This document shows positions 10,048 to 19,601 of a stretch of DNA of 64,000 nt, piece by piece. Source of the stretch: a candidate division FCPU426 bacterium. Its GTDB lineage: Bacteria > Oederibacteriota > Muellerivitia > Muellerivitales > Muellerivitaceae. The notes beneath the pieces were generated by a model. The model was given only the letters and a program-made list of their open reading frames with translations, did no database searches and was not told the origin of the DNA. Each line of letters begins with the position of its first letter. Position 1 is the first letter of the stretch. The position numbers and the translations under genes were made by a program. The stretch is taken from the NCBI GenBank assembly GCA_963738405.1, contig CAVTWJ010000001.1, positions 64,001 through 128,000 on the forward strand, given 5' to 3'.

Positions 10048-11817
10048 ATGAATTTCGATCCTATCAAAGCACGCCTTCTGCGGCTTCCCGGCGCAAAGCA
10101 GGTTAAAGAAATGCTCATTCAACAAGGACATACCGAAGCCGAGGCGGAAATGGGCGGGCTGGCTATGGCCGGACTTATTGTTTTTCTTATCATCCTTCTC
10201 TTTAACAGTTTCCTCATCGGCGTCATCCACGTTTTTTTCAACAACCTTTGGGCCGCCGCTCAGGAAAACCCGACCCAGGCCACCTTTGTGGGATTCGGAG
10301 TCACGATCGTCTTCCTCGGAATGTTTTTTAGCCTCATGCGTCGAAAAGAGGACGAAAAAAAGAAAGAGGAAATGGACGCCAGGCGCAAGCAGCATCAATT
10401 GGAGGAAAAACGCCAATTTTTGCGTAAGGGCGCCATGGGAAATTTTGAAGAGGTGTTCCGCTACTACGCCTTGAAGAAGATTCCCGACTTGGACATCAAG
10501 ACCATCCACGTCATCGATACGGTTCCGCGCATCCGTTTTACCGCCAAAAGGTTCAACACCGAATTGGGAGGGGATGTGGATGGAAATTTCCAGCGTTTCC
10601 GCGAGAAGCTTTTGGTTGAGACGGCTGCGGTCGTGGATCTGGTTTTCGAGCTTTCCGAAAGCATTCCCGCGGTCATCGTGGACGGCATGATGCAGTTCAT
10701 CAATCGCGGTGCCAAGTATTACGACGGCCCGGTTCTGAGCCTTAAGGCGACCCGGGAGGTCTACATCCAGCTGGACCGGACCAAGAAAAGCCCCTTCAAG
10801 ATCCTTTCTTCCTTTGATTTCCGTTACAACGACGGAATGGAGGTGGAACCCATCCCCGAGGGGGAGAACAAGACCGCCCGATTGATTGAAAAACTCAGGG
10901 AAAACGCCCCCAAGCTGAATGTGCGTTATGAGACCGCGGTCGAAAAGAAGGCCGATGACGGCTGGGAAAAACCCAAGGAAACGGCCTCTCTGGATGAGAT
11001 TGTCCCTATCGATACCATGAAAGACAGGCAGTTGAGCAATATGCCTCTGGCCCAGTTTCAGGACATGCTGGTGAGCCTGCTGGCCAAAATGGGCTTCGAG
11101 GCGACAAGGGTTAAAAAGGTGCCGGGTGGGACGCTTCAGGTGCAGGCCGATTTTACCCATCCGGTCCTCGGCGGCAGTTTCCTGGTCCTGGGGCGGCAAT
11201 TTCCGCCGGGCGCACAGGTGCACGCCGATTTGGTGAGGGAATTGGACGAAGTCACGAGGGAGGAAAACTGCCGGCGCGGGATCTATTTTGTCACCGGCGA
11301 TTACACCGAAGAGGCCCGCAATATCGCCCTTAAACTCGCGGTGGATCTGGTCAACGGGAGAAAGCTCCAAGACCTGTTGGATGGCCCCCCCTATGAAACC
11401 CGCTGGTCGGTCCGCATGGTAGATGAAAAGGGTATTGTCATGGACTTGAGCGGCATGTCCATGCTGGCCTTCCAGGACGAGGTGGACCAGTTCCTCAAAA
11501 GCATGGGGTTTCAGGTTGTGCGCATCCGCAGGGCGCCGGGAGGGGCCGTGGTGGCCGTGGCGGAACATCCGCACCCGATCACGGGCGGAAAATTCGCCGT
11601 ATTGGCCAAACAATTTCCAGCCGAGGAACGGGTGCCCCAGGAGCAGGTGAGCGAGTTCAACCATATTATGAAATCCGAATTTTGCCACAGAGGTTTGCTG
11701 ATGGTGACCTGCGCCACCAGCCGGGAAGCCCAGGCCTTGGCCCGTTTTTCCGGGGTGGAGATTGTGGACCGTAACGTCTGGGATAATTTACGCCGCCATC
11801 GGGACCTCGGGAGCTAA
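10048..11817 (+). CDS. Membrane-anchored protein with two Mrr-like (PD-(D/E)XK) domains lacking catalytic residues
   Basis: Two N-terminal TM helices and a charged coil; repeated FQD..L..MGF...PGG...HP..GG.F.VL..QF...RG...T.....EA......V.LV pattern typical of Mrr_cat. Confidence 0.7.
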   Translation: MNFDPIKARLLRLPGAKQVKEMLIQQGHTEAEAEMGGLAMAGLIVFLIILLFNSFLIGVIHVFFNNLWAAAQENPTQATFVGFGVTIVFLGMFFSLMRRKEDEKKKEEMDARRKQHQLEEKRQFLRKGAMGNFEEVFRYYALKKIPDLDIKTIHVIDTVPRIRFTAKRFNTELGGDVDGNFQRFREKLLVETAAVVDLVFELSESIPAVIVDGMMQFINRGAKYYDGPVLSLKATREVYIQLDRTKKSPFKILSSFDFRYNDGMEVEPIPEGENKTARLIEKLRENAPKLNVRYETAVEKKADDGWEKPKETASLDEIVPIDTMKDRQLSNMPLAQFQDMLVSLLAKMGFEATRVKKVPGGTLQVQADFTHPVLGGSFLVLGRQFPPGAQVHADLVRELDEVTREENCRRGIYFVTGDYTEEARNIALKLAVDLVNGRKLQDLLDGPPYETRWSVRMVDEKGIVMDLSGMSMLAFQDEVDQFLKSMGFQVVRIRRAPGGAVVAVAEHPHPITGGKFAVLAKQFPAEERVPQEQVSEFNHIMKSEFCHRGLLMVTCATSREAQALARFSGVEIVDRNVWDNLRRHRDLGS

Positions 11818-11913
11818 TCCCCCTTGACAGTCCCTTTTGTTCGGGTAACCATGGGGCCGAATTGGAGCACCCGAAGCTTAAGCAGGGCCATCCAAACCTT
11901 TTAGGAGGTAGTC

Positions 11914-12318
11914 TTGTCACCCAAACGCGCCCATGATGACGAAATGAATGACGACGAGGATCCCATCGAAGAAGAGGACGAAACCGACGAGGACGATGAG
12001 GAAGAGGACGACGAAGAGGAGACGGTCACCCTCGACGCCGCCAAAGAGGAAGAAGAGGAAGACGACGACGACAAGGACGAAGACGAGGAAGAGGAAGATT
12101 CCACCGACGCGGACCGCAAGAAGCTTTTCGAAAGCGAGGCGGAGGATTTCCTCGAGAACCTGACGATCGAAGACGTCAAGGAAGTGTTGGAAGAGAACGA
12201 GCTGAGCGAAAGCCTGGCTCCCCGGCTGATGAAGCTCCTGAAAGAAGTCATCCATGAAGGCACGGTGGATGATCTGGATGACGCCTGGGATGAGGCCATC
12301 GAGCGGCTCGAAGAATAG
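11914..12318 (+). CDS. Extremely acidic small protein
   Basis: AGGAGGT RBS before TTG; 67 of 134 residues D/E by hand count; helical-looking C-terminal half. Confidence 0.75.
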   Translation: MSPKRAHDDEMNDDEDPIEEEDETDEDDEEEDDEEETVTLDAAKEEEEEDDDDKDEDEEEEDSTDADRKKLFESEAEDFLENLTIEDVKEVLEENELSESLAPRLMKLLKEVIHEGTVDDLDDAWDEAIERLEE

Positions 12319-12332
12319 AAAAAGCTTAAGCG

Positions 12333-12370
12333 GGCGCCCTTTATTCTCGCGGATAATCGGCGCCTTTTTT
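12333..12370 (+). terminator. Probable intrinsic terminator
   Basis: GGCGCC...GGCGCC stem followed by T6. Confidence 0.55.
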
Positions 12371-12421
12371 GTGTCCGCCCCGGTTCTGGATTCAAGTCCC
12401 TTTGTGTTAAACTTGCCCACC

Positions 12422-12949
12422 ATGATTAAGGCTTATTTTCGAAAACTTGTTTTTCTCTGGCGCCATCCGGTCGATTTTTTTTCCACGGCTGCCCTAGAAT
12501 CCAAACCCCAGGAAGCCTCCACCTTCGCCGCCATGACGGCCGTGCTCGTTTCGTTGGAGTTGGGCCTGCAGGAAGCCCTTTCCCGGGGCACCCTTTCCAT
12601 TGTGGCCTTTGTGACCCTCATGCTTTTGATCGGTTTGCCCTTCGCCGTTTTGGTTTGCGGTTATTTGTGGGCCTATTTCATCCGCCTGACAGGCATTCTC
12701 TTGGGCGCGGATCTTTACCTCCCCGACCTTCAAAAATTGGTTTTTTATTCCAGCGGGGGCCTGGCGGCCTTAGGCGTGGCCTATCTGTTGGGCAAATGGG
12801 TCGCCATCGCCGCTTTGTTTTTTCAGGTGGTGGGGGCCGAGAAAGTCTTGGCCTGTTCCAGGGTTTCGGCTTATGTTTATATCCTCCTGCCCGCCGCCAT
12901 GATGGGTGTTTTGATGGCGGTGTTAGCCCTTCTCTTCAAGGTGTTTTAA
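12422..12949 (+). CDS. Multi-pass membrane protein (Yip1-like)
   Basis: LWRHPVDFF start, about 5 TM segments. Confidence 0.6.
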   Translation: MIKAYFRKLVFLWRHPVDFFSTAALESKPQEASTFAAMTAVLVSLELGLQEALSRGTLSIVAFVTLMLLIGLPFAVLVCGYLWAYFIRLTGILLGADLYLPDLQKLVFYSSGGLAALGVAYLLGKWVAIAALFFQVVGAEKVLACSRVSAYVYILLPAAMMGVLMAVLALLFKVF

Positions 12950-13290
12950 TGCCCACCGCCCCCAAATCCCGCAGACGGACCGCAAAGGCCATGGCCGCCC
13001 CTAAAGTCGCCTCCCCTCCGTCACAAGCGGTTTCGGCCCCCAATCCCATTTGGGCCAACCGGTTTGGCTGGTACCTTTTTTCTCTCTTTATCCCCATGGC
13101 CGGCATATTGATCGGGCTTTTTTTCTACGACCAGACCTCCCTGGAAGCCCGGAAGGTCGGGAAGCAGTCCCTTTGGATCGGTTTCCTCGTCTGGGTGGTT
13201 TTTCCCCTTTTCATCCTGATGGCCCTTTTGTTCATCGTCGGTCTGGCGGCCGCCTCCTGGCTTTCGGGTGCCACAAGCTCAATCGATTAA
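12949..13290 (+). CDS. Small membrane protein
   Basis: TAATG overlap with the previous stop; two TM segments (LFSLFIPMAGILIGL...RKVGK.SLWIG). Confidence 0.6.
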   Translation: MPTAPKSRRRTAKAMAAPKVASPPSQAVSAPNPIWANRFGWYLFSLFIPMAGILIGLFFYDQTSLEARKVGKQSLWIGFLVWVVFPLFILMALLFIVGLAAASWLSGATSSID

Positions 13291-13315
13291 TTCCAATGGA
13301 GGGGGCGCCTAACTG

Positions 13316-14047
13316 ATGCCGACGGTCCTGATTACCGGTGGAACCAGGGGAATTGGCCTTGCTTTGGGCAAGGCCTGCGCTCAAAAAGGCTGGACGGTCG
13401 AGGCCTGCTACCACCAGGATGAGGCATCGGCCCTTCTGGCGCGCCAAACCCTTCAAGCACTCAACCCTTCCTGCCAAGTGACCCTTTGCGACGTGGGGGA
13501 TGCCGCCCAAATCCAGTCTTGGGTGGAGGGCGCCCTGAAACGAAACTCCTCTATCGAATGCGCCATCCATAATGCCGGTGTCACGAAAAACGCCCGCATC
13601 CTGAACATTGAAGAGTCCGACTGGAATGAAACCCTTCAAGTGCACCTCAAGGGCGCTTTTCACCTTTCCCAAACCCTTTTGAAGCCCATGATGAAACAAA
13701 AAAACGGACATCTGATATTCGTCTCCTCCCTCGTGGCTTCCACGGGCAATATCGGCCAAGGGGCCTATACCGCCGCCAAGGCGGGGCTGGTGGGCCTGGC
13801 CCGCAGTTTGGCGCAGGAATACGGCACTCGAAATGTAAGGGTCAATGTGGTCAATCCCGGTTTTCACAAGACCCGGCTGGCGGAGGGGCTTTCCCCCGAG
13901 GCCGAACAGGCCATCCTTTCACGCCATATCCTGGGACGCTCGGCGGATTTAAACGAAGTTTGCGCTTTCTTTACCTGGCTGGCCGAATCCCAAAATATCT
14001 CCGGGCAGGTCTTTAACCTGGATTCCCGCCTTCCCGGATGGCTATGA
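13316..14047 (+). CDS. fabG: 3-oxoacyl-ACP reductase-like SDR
   Basis: TGGTRGIG, HNAG, YTAAK, VNVVNPG. Confidence 0.8.
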   Translation: MPTVLITGGTRGIGLALGKACAQKGWTVEACYHQDEASALLARQTLQALNPSCQVTLCDVGDAAQIQSWVEGALKRNSSIECAIHNAGVTKNARILNIEESDWNETLQVHLKGAFHLSQTLLKPMMKQKNGHLIFVSSLVASTGNIGQGAYTAAKAGLVGLARSLAQEYGTRNVRVNVVNPGFHKTRLAEGLSPEAEQAILSRHILGRSADLNEVCAFFTWLAESQNISGQVFNLDSRLPGWL

Positions 14048-15225
14048 GTTCCCGCCTCGTCGTCACGGGGATGGGGGTCGTCACACCCCTGGGGGCCGAC
14101 ACCGATAAAACTTTTTACCGAATCATGGCCGGGGAAAGGGCCAAGACCCTCTTGGCCGGGAAGGAATGGAAAGGATTCGATAACTTTCCCAGGGCTGCCC
14201 AGGCCCTGGAAGTTTGGATTCCGGAAAGGCTTTTGCAAAGAGATCGATCTCTCCAGTTGGCGGCGGTCGCGGCGCGTGAAGCCTGGAAACAGGCGGGGCT
14301 TTATTCGGTTCCTCCGGAAAAAATCGGCACCACCTTTTCTTCCAGCAAAGGGGGTCTCTTGACCCTCTTGTCCGCCGCCAAGGACCCCGCGACTTCCGAT
14401 TGGGATTTTTTATCTGATTTTTTCCCCGACGCGGGGGGCAAGCTCCTCGCTCAACAATTCGGGTTTTCCGGTCCCCGCCTCTCGGTTTCTTCCGCCTGCT
14501 CCACCGGCATCGCCTCCCTCAGTTTGGCCGCGCGTTTGCTATTGGATCACGAATGCGACGCGGTCATCGCGGGAAGCACTGAATCTTCCATCCATCCCCT
14601 CATCTACGCCGGGTTTGATCAAATGGGCGTTTTGAGCCATGAACCGGACGGTCCCCGCCCCTTTGATGTGGCCCGGGACGGGTTTTTGATGGGCGAAGGC
14701 GCCGGAGTGATGGTGGTGGAAAGGCAAGAGTCTGCGAAGAAACGAAAGGCGAAACCCCTTGCCTATCTTTCGGGTTGGGCCCTGGCGGGGGATACCCACG
14801 CCCCTCTGGAAGTGGACCCGACGGGAAGCAGTATTGTTCACCTCATCCGCCTGGCCCTGGAAAGGGCCAAGCTAAACCCAGGCGATATTGGCTATATTAA
14901 CGCCCATGGAACGGGCACTCACTTTAATGACCTGGTGGAATCCAAGGCGCTTTTGGAGGTGTTTGGTAGGGAAACTTTTGTCAGTTCCACCAAGGGTTCC
15001 ACCGGCCATCTATTAGGGGCGGCGGGAAGCGTGGAGGCCATCCTCAGCGTTATGGCACTCCTGAATGGTTTGTTGCCCCCGACAGCCGGCCTTGAAAACC
15101 CCGATCCCCAATGCAAGGTTCGTCATGTGTCTTCCAAGGGCGCGCATCGAAAGGTGGATCATGTCCTTTCGCTTTCCTATGGTTTTGGGGGACAATTGGG
15201 CGCGGTGATTTTTTCGAAGGTTTGA
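14044..15225 (+). CDS. fabF: Beta-ketoacyl-ACP synthase II-like
   Basis: VVTGMGVVTPLG, SACS catalytic Cys, INAHGTGT, GHLLGAAG, YGFGG; ATGA overlap with fabG. Confidence 0.85.
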   Translation: MSSRLVVTGMGVVTPLGADTDKTFYRIMAGERAKTLLAGKEWKGFDNFPRAAQALEVWIPERLLQRDRSLQLAAVAAREAWKQAGLYSVPPEKIGTTFSSSKGGLLTLLSAAKDPATSDWDFLSDFFPDAGGKLLAQQFGFSGPRLSVSSACSTGIASLSLAARLLLDHECDAVIAGSTESSIHPLIYAGFDQMGVLSHEPDGPRPFDVARDGFLMGEGAGVMVVERQESAKKRKAKPLAYLSGWALAGDTHAPLEVDPTGSSIVHLIRLALERAKLNPGDIGYINAHGTGTHFNDLVESKALLEVFGRETFVSSTKGSTGHLLGAAGSVEAILSVMALLNGLLPPTAGLENPDPQCKVRHVSSKGAHRKVDHVLSLSYGFGGQLGAVIFSKV

Positions 15226-15238
15226 TAGCGGGGAGCGT

Positions 15239-15628
15239 ATGGACGATCCGGAAGAACATCAAGAAGGGTCTATTCGCCCAATAGGAAAGATTTGCGCCGA
15301 GCTTTTCCTGGAGGCCATCGAGGCGGGGGCATCCGAAATCCAAATCAGGCCGGTCGTTGAGCCCTTTAAGGAATCCAGAATTCAGCTTCGCTTGCGGGTG
15401 AAGGGGGAATTGGTCCCGGGAAATACGGACTTGCCCTGGCCCCACTATCGCCACTTGATTTCGCGGTTTAAGAAGATGGGCTCCATGGATGTGGCGGAGC
15501 GGAGAATGCCTCAAAGCGGCCATTTGGTGTTCCAATACAATGGAAAGCACTATCCAATGACCCTGCAGATCCAGCCCATTCTGGAACTCGAAAGTTGTGT
15601 CATTTACCTGGATCAGAAAAAGGTTTAA
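15239..15628 (+). CDS. Stand-alone N-terminal (N2-like) domain of GspE/PilB secretion ATPases
   Basis: AIEAGASEIQIRP, RLRVKGEL, ISRFKKMGSMDVAERRMPQSG; no Walker A. Confidence 0.65.
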   Translation: MDDPEEHQEGSIRPIGKICAELFLEAIEAGASEIQIRPVVEPFKESRIQLRLRVKGELVPGNTDLPWPHYRHLISRFKKMGSMDVAERRMPQSGHLVFQYNGKHYPMTLQIQPILELESCVIYLDQKKV

Positions 15629-15688
15629 GGTTTTTGGTGGTTCGGAAAAGAAATGATGAAATGCGTCCATTTAAAAAGGGTGGGTTCA

Positions 15689-15973
15689 ATGACTTATAAA
15701 GTGATGGTCGATGATAATTTTGGTTTTATGGACGAGGAAAAGCGATATGCCCATGGCGAGTTCGAGTCCGTGGAAGCGGCCATCGAGGCTTGCAAAAAGA
15801 TCGTCGACGAATGGCTGGAATCTTCCTATAACCCCGGGATAAGTGCCAAGGAGCTTTTCACGGGATACAAGCATTATGGAGTGGACCCGTGGATTTCCGA
15901 GGCCGAAAAGACAACTTTTTCCGCTTGGAAATACGCAGAACAACGCTGCGCTGAGATTTGCTCGAAGGTTTAA
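15689..15973 (+). CDS. Hypothetical protein
   Basis: YKVMVDDNF...FSAWKYA; plausible RBS. Confidence 0.6.
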   Translation: MTYKVMVDDNFGFMDEEKRYAHGEFESVEAAIEACKKIVDEWLESSYNPGISAKELFTGYKHYGVDPWISEAEKTTFSAWKYAEQRCAEICSKV

Positions 15974-16045
15974 ACCCTAACCAGATTTTCTTTTCCCCGT
16001 CCCGCTACCGCCTATAATCTAACGACCCAAGACAAAGGATTTCCC

Positions 16046-18148
16046 ATGCGCTTAAAAGATTTGGGTTTCATTTTGGCCGTCTCGCTGTGTTTCATTGGGA
16101 TGGCGGATCAGGCGGTTTCCAAGACTATGGCAAAAACCTTCCAAAATCCCATCCTGACGGGCTTTCATCCCGATCCCAGCATCTGCCGTGTGGGGGATGA
16201 TTTTTACCTCACCAATTCCACCTTCGAAATGTTTCCGGGCCTTCCTATCTACCACAGCCGCGACCTGGTCCATTGGGCCCCAATCGGAAATGCCCTTAAC
16301 CGCGAAAGCCAACTCCCCTTAAAAGGCGCCACTGACGGGGGCGGGCTTTACGCGCCGACCCTGCGTTATTGGAAGGGGCTCTTTTATCTCACTTGCTGCA
16401 ATATCAGCGGCGGGGGAAATTTCATCGTCACCGCCAAGGACCCCGCGGGCCCCTGGTCCGAACCCGTTTGGCTGGGGGATTACGGCATCGACGGCTCCCT
16501 ATTCTTCGATGAGGACGGGAAGATTTATTACACGAGGGCCGGAACGGAAGGCGAAAACGGCATCTTTCAGGCCGAACTGGACCCTGCCACCTTCAAACCC
16601 ACCGCGCCCTTTAAGTTGATTTGGCAATATCCGGATGAATGGAACGAAGGTCCTCACGTCTATAAGATCAAAGGGAAGTACTACCTCCTCATCGCCGCCG
16701 GGGGAACCGAATCCCATCATCAAGAAGTAGCTGCCCGGGCGGATAGCCCCTGGGGCCCCTTCGAGGCCTGTCCCCACAATCCCATCCTGACCGAGCGGGA
16801 CGATCCCCAAAGCCCCATCCAATGCACGGGCCACGCCGACTTGATCGAGGCCCCGGATAGCACTTGGTGGCTGGTGTTTCTCGGCACCAGGCCACAGAAC
16901 GGAATGTCGGTGCTGGGCCGTGAAACCTTCCTATCCCCAGTCCATTGGACAAAGGGTGAATGGCCGATAGCTGGTAATAACCACCACATAGCGATGGAAA
17001 TGGATGCGCCCCAGTTAAAGCCCTTTCCGGTTCCGCCTCCCCCCACCAAGACCCTCTTTAATACCGCCTCCCTCGGGTTCGAGTGGCTCCATATCCGCAA
17101 TTATGACCCGAAGAATTTCTCGCTCTCCGACCGGAAGGGATTCCTCCGCATCCGCGCCGCCAAGGACAGCCTGGACCTGAAATCGGAAGAACCCGCCTTT
17201 GTGGGTCTTCGCCAAAGCGCCTTTCGGCTCACCGTCCGTACCGAGATGGAATTTGCTCCCGTCCAAGACAGCGAGGAAGCGGGACTTTGCGTGAGGGCCA
17301 ATGACGACAACCATTACGAAATTGGGGTGGGCCAGTTTGACGGCAAGACTCTGGTTTTCGTGCGCAACCGGGTGAAGGCTGAAAGTTTCATGGTCACCCA
17401 AATGCCGGCGCAATCGGGCAAGATCCAATTGGAAATCTCGTGCTTGGAAAACCAGTACCAATTTGCCTATTCCCTGGATGGCAAGGCCTGGACACCCCTA
17501 GCGGCATCGGCCTCGGCCGACTTGTCCAGGGAGAAGGCGGGCGGTTTCACCGGCACGGCGATCGGGCTTTACGCCAGCGCCAACGGCAAAGAATCCACGG
17601 CTTACGCGGATTTCGCCTGGTTTGAAATGGCGCCCGGCGCGGTATCCAAACAGCTGACCAATTTCCAAAAGCCTACCCCAACGCCTCTTGTGCCCCAGGA
17701 CCATTGGCGCATCCGCGCGGGTGGGCAGGATTTTAAGGACAAGGAAGGCTTGAGCTGGTCGCAAGATGTGGGCTTTTCGGAGAGCGATAAAACGGACACC
17801 TCGCGGCCCATTAGCGGAACCTCCGATTCTGAACTTTACCAAACCGAACGCTGGGGCAGTGATTTTGGCTATAACCTGCCGGTGCCGCAGGGCAAGTACA
17901 GGGTTCGTCTCAAGTTCGCCGAGACCTATATCCGCAAAGAAGGCGGTAGGGTTTTTGACATTCTGATTAACGGAAAAAAGGTCCTCGCGCATTTCGATAT
18001 CCTCAAAGAGGCTGGTGCCTTCGATAAGGCCATCGATAAAAGTTTCGCGGATATCCAGCCCGACGCGAATGGGAACATTCAAATTCGATTCGTTTCTTCG
18101 GTCCAGAACGCCAAGGTTTGCGCCGTCGAGATTACGCGCCAACCCTGA
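16046..18148 (+). CDS. Secreted GH43 beta-xylosidase/arabinofuranosidase with C-terminal malectin domain
   Basis: Signal peptide; NPILTGFHPDPS, YAPT, GIDG, WNEGPH, GHAD, GRET; malectin LYQTERW...GKYRVRLKFAE...RVFDI. Confidence 0.9.
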   Translation: MRLKDLGFILAVSLCFIGMADQAVSKTMAKTFQNPILTGFHPDPSICRVGDDFYLTNSTFEMFPGLPIYHSRDLVHWAPIGNALNRESQLPLKGATDGGGLYAPTLRYWKGLFYLTCCNISGGGNFIVTAKDPAGPWSEPVWLGDYGIDGSLFFDEDGKIYYTRAGTEGENGIFQAELDPATFKPTAPFKLIWQYPDEWNEGPHVYKIKGKYYLLIAAGGTESHHQEVAARADSPWGPFEACPHNPILTERDDPQSPIQCTGHADLIEAPDSTWWLVFLGTRPQNGMSVLGRETFLSPVHWTKGEWPIAGNNHHIAMEMDAPQLKPFPVPPPPTKTLFNTASLGFEWLHIRNYDPKNFSLSDRKGFLRIRAAKDSLDLKSEEPAFVGLRQSAFRLTVRTEMEFAPVQDSEEAGLCVRANDDNHYEIGVGQFDGKTLVFVRNRVKAESFMVTQMPAQSGKIQLEISCLENQYQFAYSLDGKAWTPLAASASADLSREKAGGFTGTAIGLYASANGKESTAYADFAWFEMAPGAVSKQLTNFQKPTPTPLVPQDHWRIRAGGQDFKDKEGLSWSQDVGFSESDKTDTSRPISGTSDSELYQTERWGSDFGYNLPVPQGKYRVRLKFAETYIRKEGGRVFDILINGKKVLAHFDILKEAGAFDKAIDKSFADIQPDANGNIQIRFVSSVQNAKVCAVEITRQP

Positions 18149-18179
18149 TTCAAACCATGCCACGACGAGGGTGTAATTT

Positions 18180-18605
18180 ATGAAAACTCCATCGCCCAAA
18201 ATCAAAATCATTTCAGGGGATCATGCCGGATTCCGAAAAAAAGTGGTCCTAAAACTATCAGCCTTCAACGAAAGCAAGGTCGGGCCGGTGGGTTGGAAAG
18301 AGATCGGCTTTGAGGCTAGGGATGGAAAGGGAAGGTTTATCGGCGGTCTAACCGGCTCCACCTATTTGGGCTGGCTCTATGTAGACCTTCTTTTTGTTGA
18401 AGAAAAATACAGGGGCCAAGGAGTGGGGACACACTTGCTCAAAACGGCCGAAACCTGGGCCAAAAAGCGGGGCTGTCATCACGTCAATCTCAACACCATT
18501 ACCTTTCAGGCGCCTGGGTTTTACCGGAAATTGGGGTACAAGGTTTTTGGCAGGCTGTCCTATCCCAAGGGTAACATTCGATATTTTTTGAAGAAAAAGT
18601 TGTAG
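18180..18605 (+). CDS. GNAT N-acetyltransferase
   Basis: LFVEEKYRGQGVG acetyl-CoA motif, FQAPGFYRKLGY. Confidence 0.9.
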   Translation: MKTPSPKIKIISGDHAGFRKKVVLKLSAFNESKVGPVGWKEIGFEARDGKGRFIGGLTGSTYLGWLYVDLLFVEEKYRGQGVGTHLLKTAETWAKKRGCHHVNLNTITFQAPGFYRKLGYKVFGRLSYPKGNIRYFLKKKL

Positions 18606-18614
18606 GAAGCAGTC

Positions 18615-19601
18615 ATGAAAAAAAGCCTCGACGTTTATCTTTACGGCATGACCGTGCTTTCCACCATCCACCGCTTGCAAGGGTCTTACCCCAAGCCGGA
18701 TTCCTACCAAGAAATCGACCAGACCTATGTCGTTCCCGGCGGGGAAACGGGCAACGCCGCCATTCTCCTGGCCCGGCTGGGGCTACGTGTGCATCCGGAG
18801 GGAGCCCTGCTTGGTTCCGATACCCAAGAAACGATTCTCCGCTTAAACCGCAAGTGGGGTGTGGATTCTTCTGGGTTGAAAACCGACTCCAAGTTCGAAG
18901 GCTGGAAAGACGTGGTTTTGGTGGATGGCCAGCACCGCAACGTGTTTGGTTGGTTCGCGGGTAGGTTCTCTAAAGAAGGCGGGCGGAAATGGACCCTTCC
19001 AAACGCTTCTTATATTAAGAAGGCTAAGATTGTCTCGATTGATCCCTATTTCGGAAAAGAATCAGAAAAAGCCGCCCGCTATTGTCATGAAATGGGGAAA
19101 CCCTATGTCACCCTGGATTGCCCTCCCGAATCCCTTTGCCACCGCTATTCGGCGGTCAATATCCTCTCTCAAGAATTCATCCGCCAGGCTTTTCCAGGGG
19201 CGGACTCCAAGAAACTGATGGGTAAGTATCTTTCCCGGTCGAAAGGTTTAACGGTCTTCACCTTTGGGTCTAAATCCATTTGGTACGCCAGGCCCGGCGG
19301 CCCGGTGCGCCGTTTTACTCCCTATAAAGTAAAGGTGGCGGGTACCTTGGGGGCGGGGGACTCTTTCCGGGCTGGGATGGTTTACGGCCTTTGGCGGGGT
19401 TGGAATGACGAACAAAGTGTGAGATTTTCGGCGGGCCTAGCCGCCTGCGTTTGCCGCAAGTTCCCCGTGGCGCTATATCCCCCGACCCTTCAGGATGTGT
19501 TTCGGCTGACAGGCATAATCGGGAAAAAAACTATAAGGAGACGCCATGAGTTCAACCTGGCCGTTTGTTTTACTCACCACCCTCGCTTTCGGATTCTTTA
19601 A
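18615..19601 (+). CDS. PfkB-family carbohydrate kinase
   Basis: PGGETGNAA N-terminal motif and GTLGAGDSFRAG signature. Confidence 0.85.
   Translation: MKKSLDVYLYGMTVLSTIHRLQGSYPKPDSYQEIDQTYVVPGGETGNAAILLARLGLRVHPEGALLGSDTQETILRLNRKWGVDSSGLKTDSKFEGWKDVVLVDGQHRNVFGWFAGRFSKEGGRKWTLPNASYIKKAKIVSIDPYFGKESEKAARYCHEMGKPYVTLDCPPESLCHRYSAVNILSQEFIRQAFPGADSKKLMGKYLSRSKGLTVFTFGSKSIWYARPGGPVRRFTPYKVKVAGTLGAGDSFRAGMVYGLWRGWNDEQSVRFSAGLAACVCRKFPVALYPPTLQDVFRLTGIIGKKTIRRRHEFNLAVCFTHHPRFRIL

Noticed and set aside
10039..11688. 549-aa minus-strand ORF
   Set aside because: Antisense shadow of the Mrr-like gene; no motifs; expected from GC-rich codon bias
11917..12423. Hydrophobic and poly-Ser minus-strand ORFs
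   Set aside because: Reverse-frame readouts of the GAA/GAC-rich acidic gene, which has the RBS
19546..19601. 56-bp overlap of pfkB and eamA as programmed recoding
   Set aside because: Most simply a short non-conserved C-terminal run-on; no slippery site with a stimulatory structure seen
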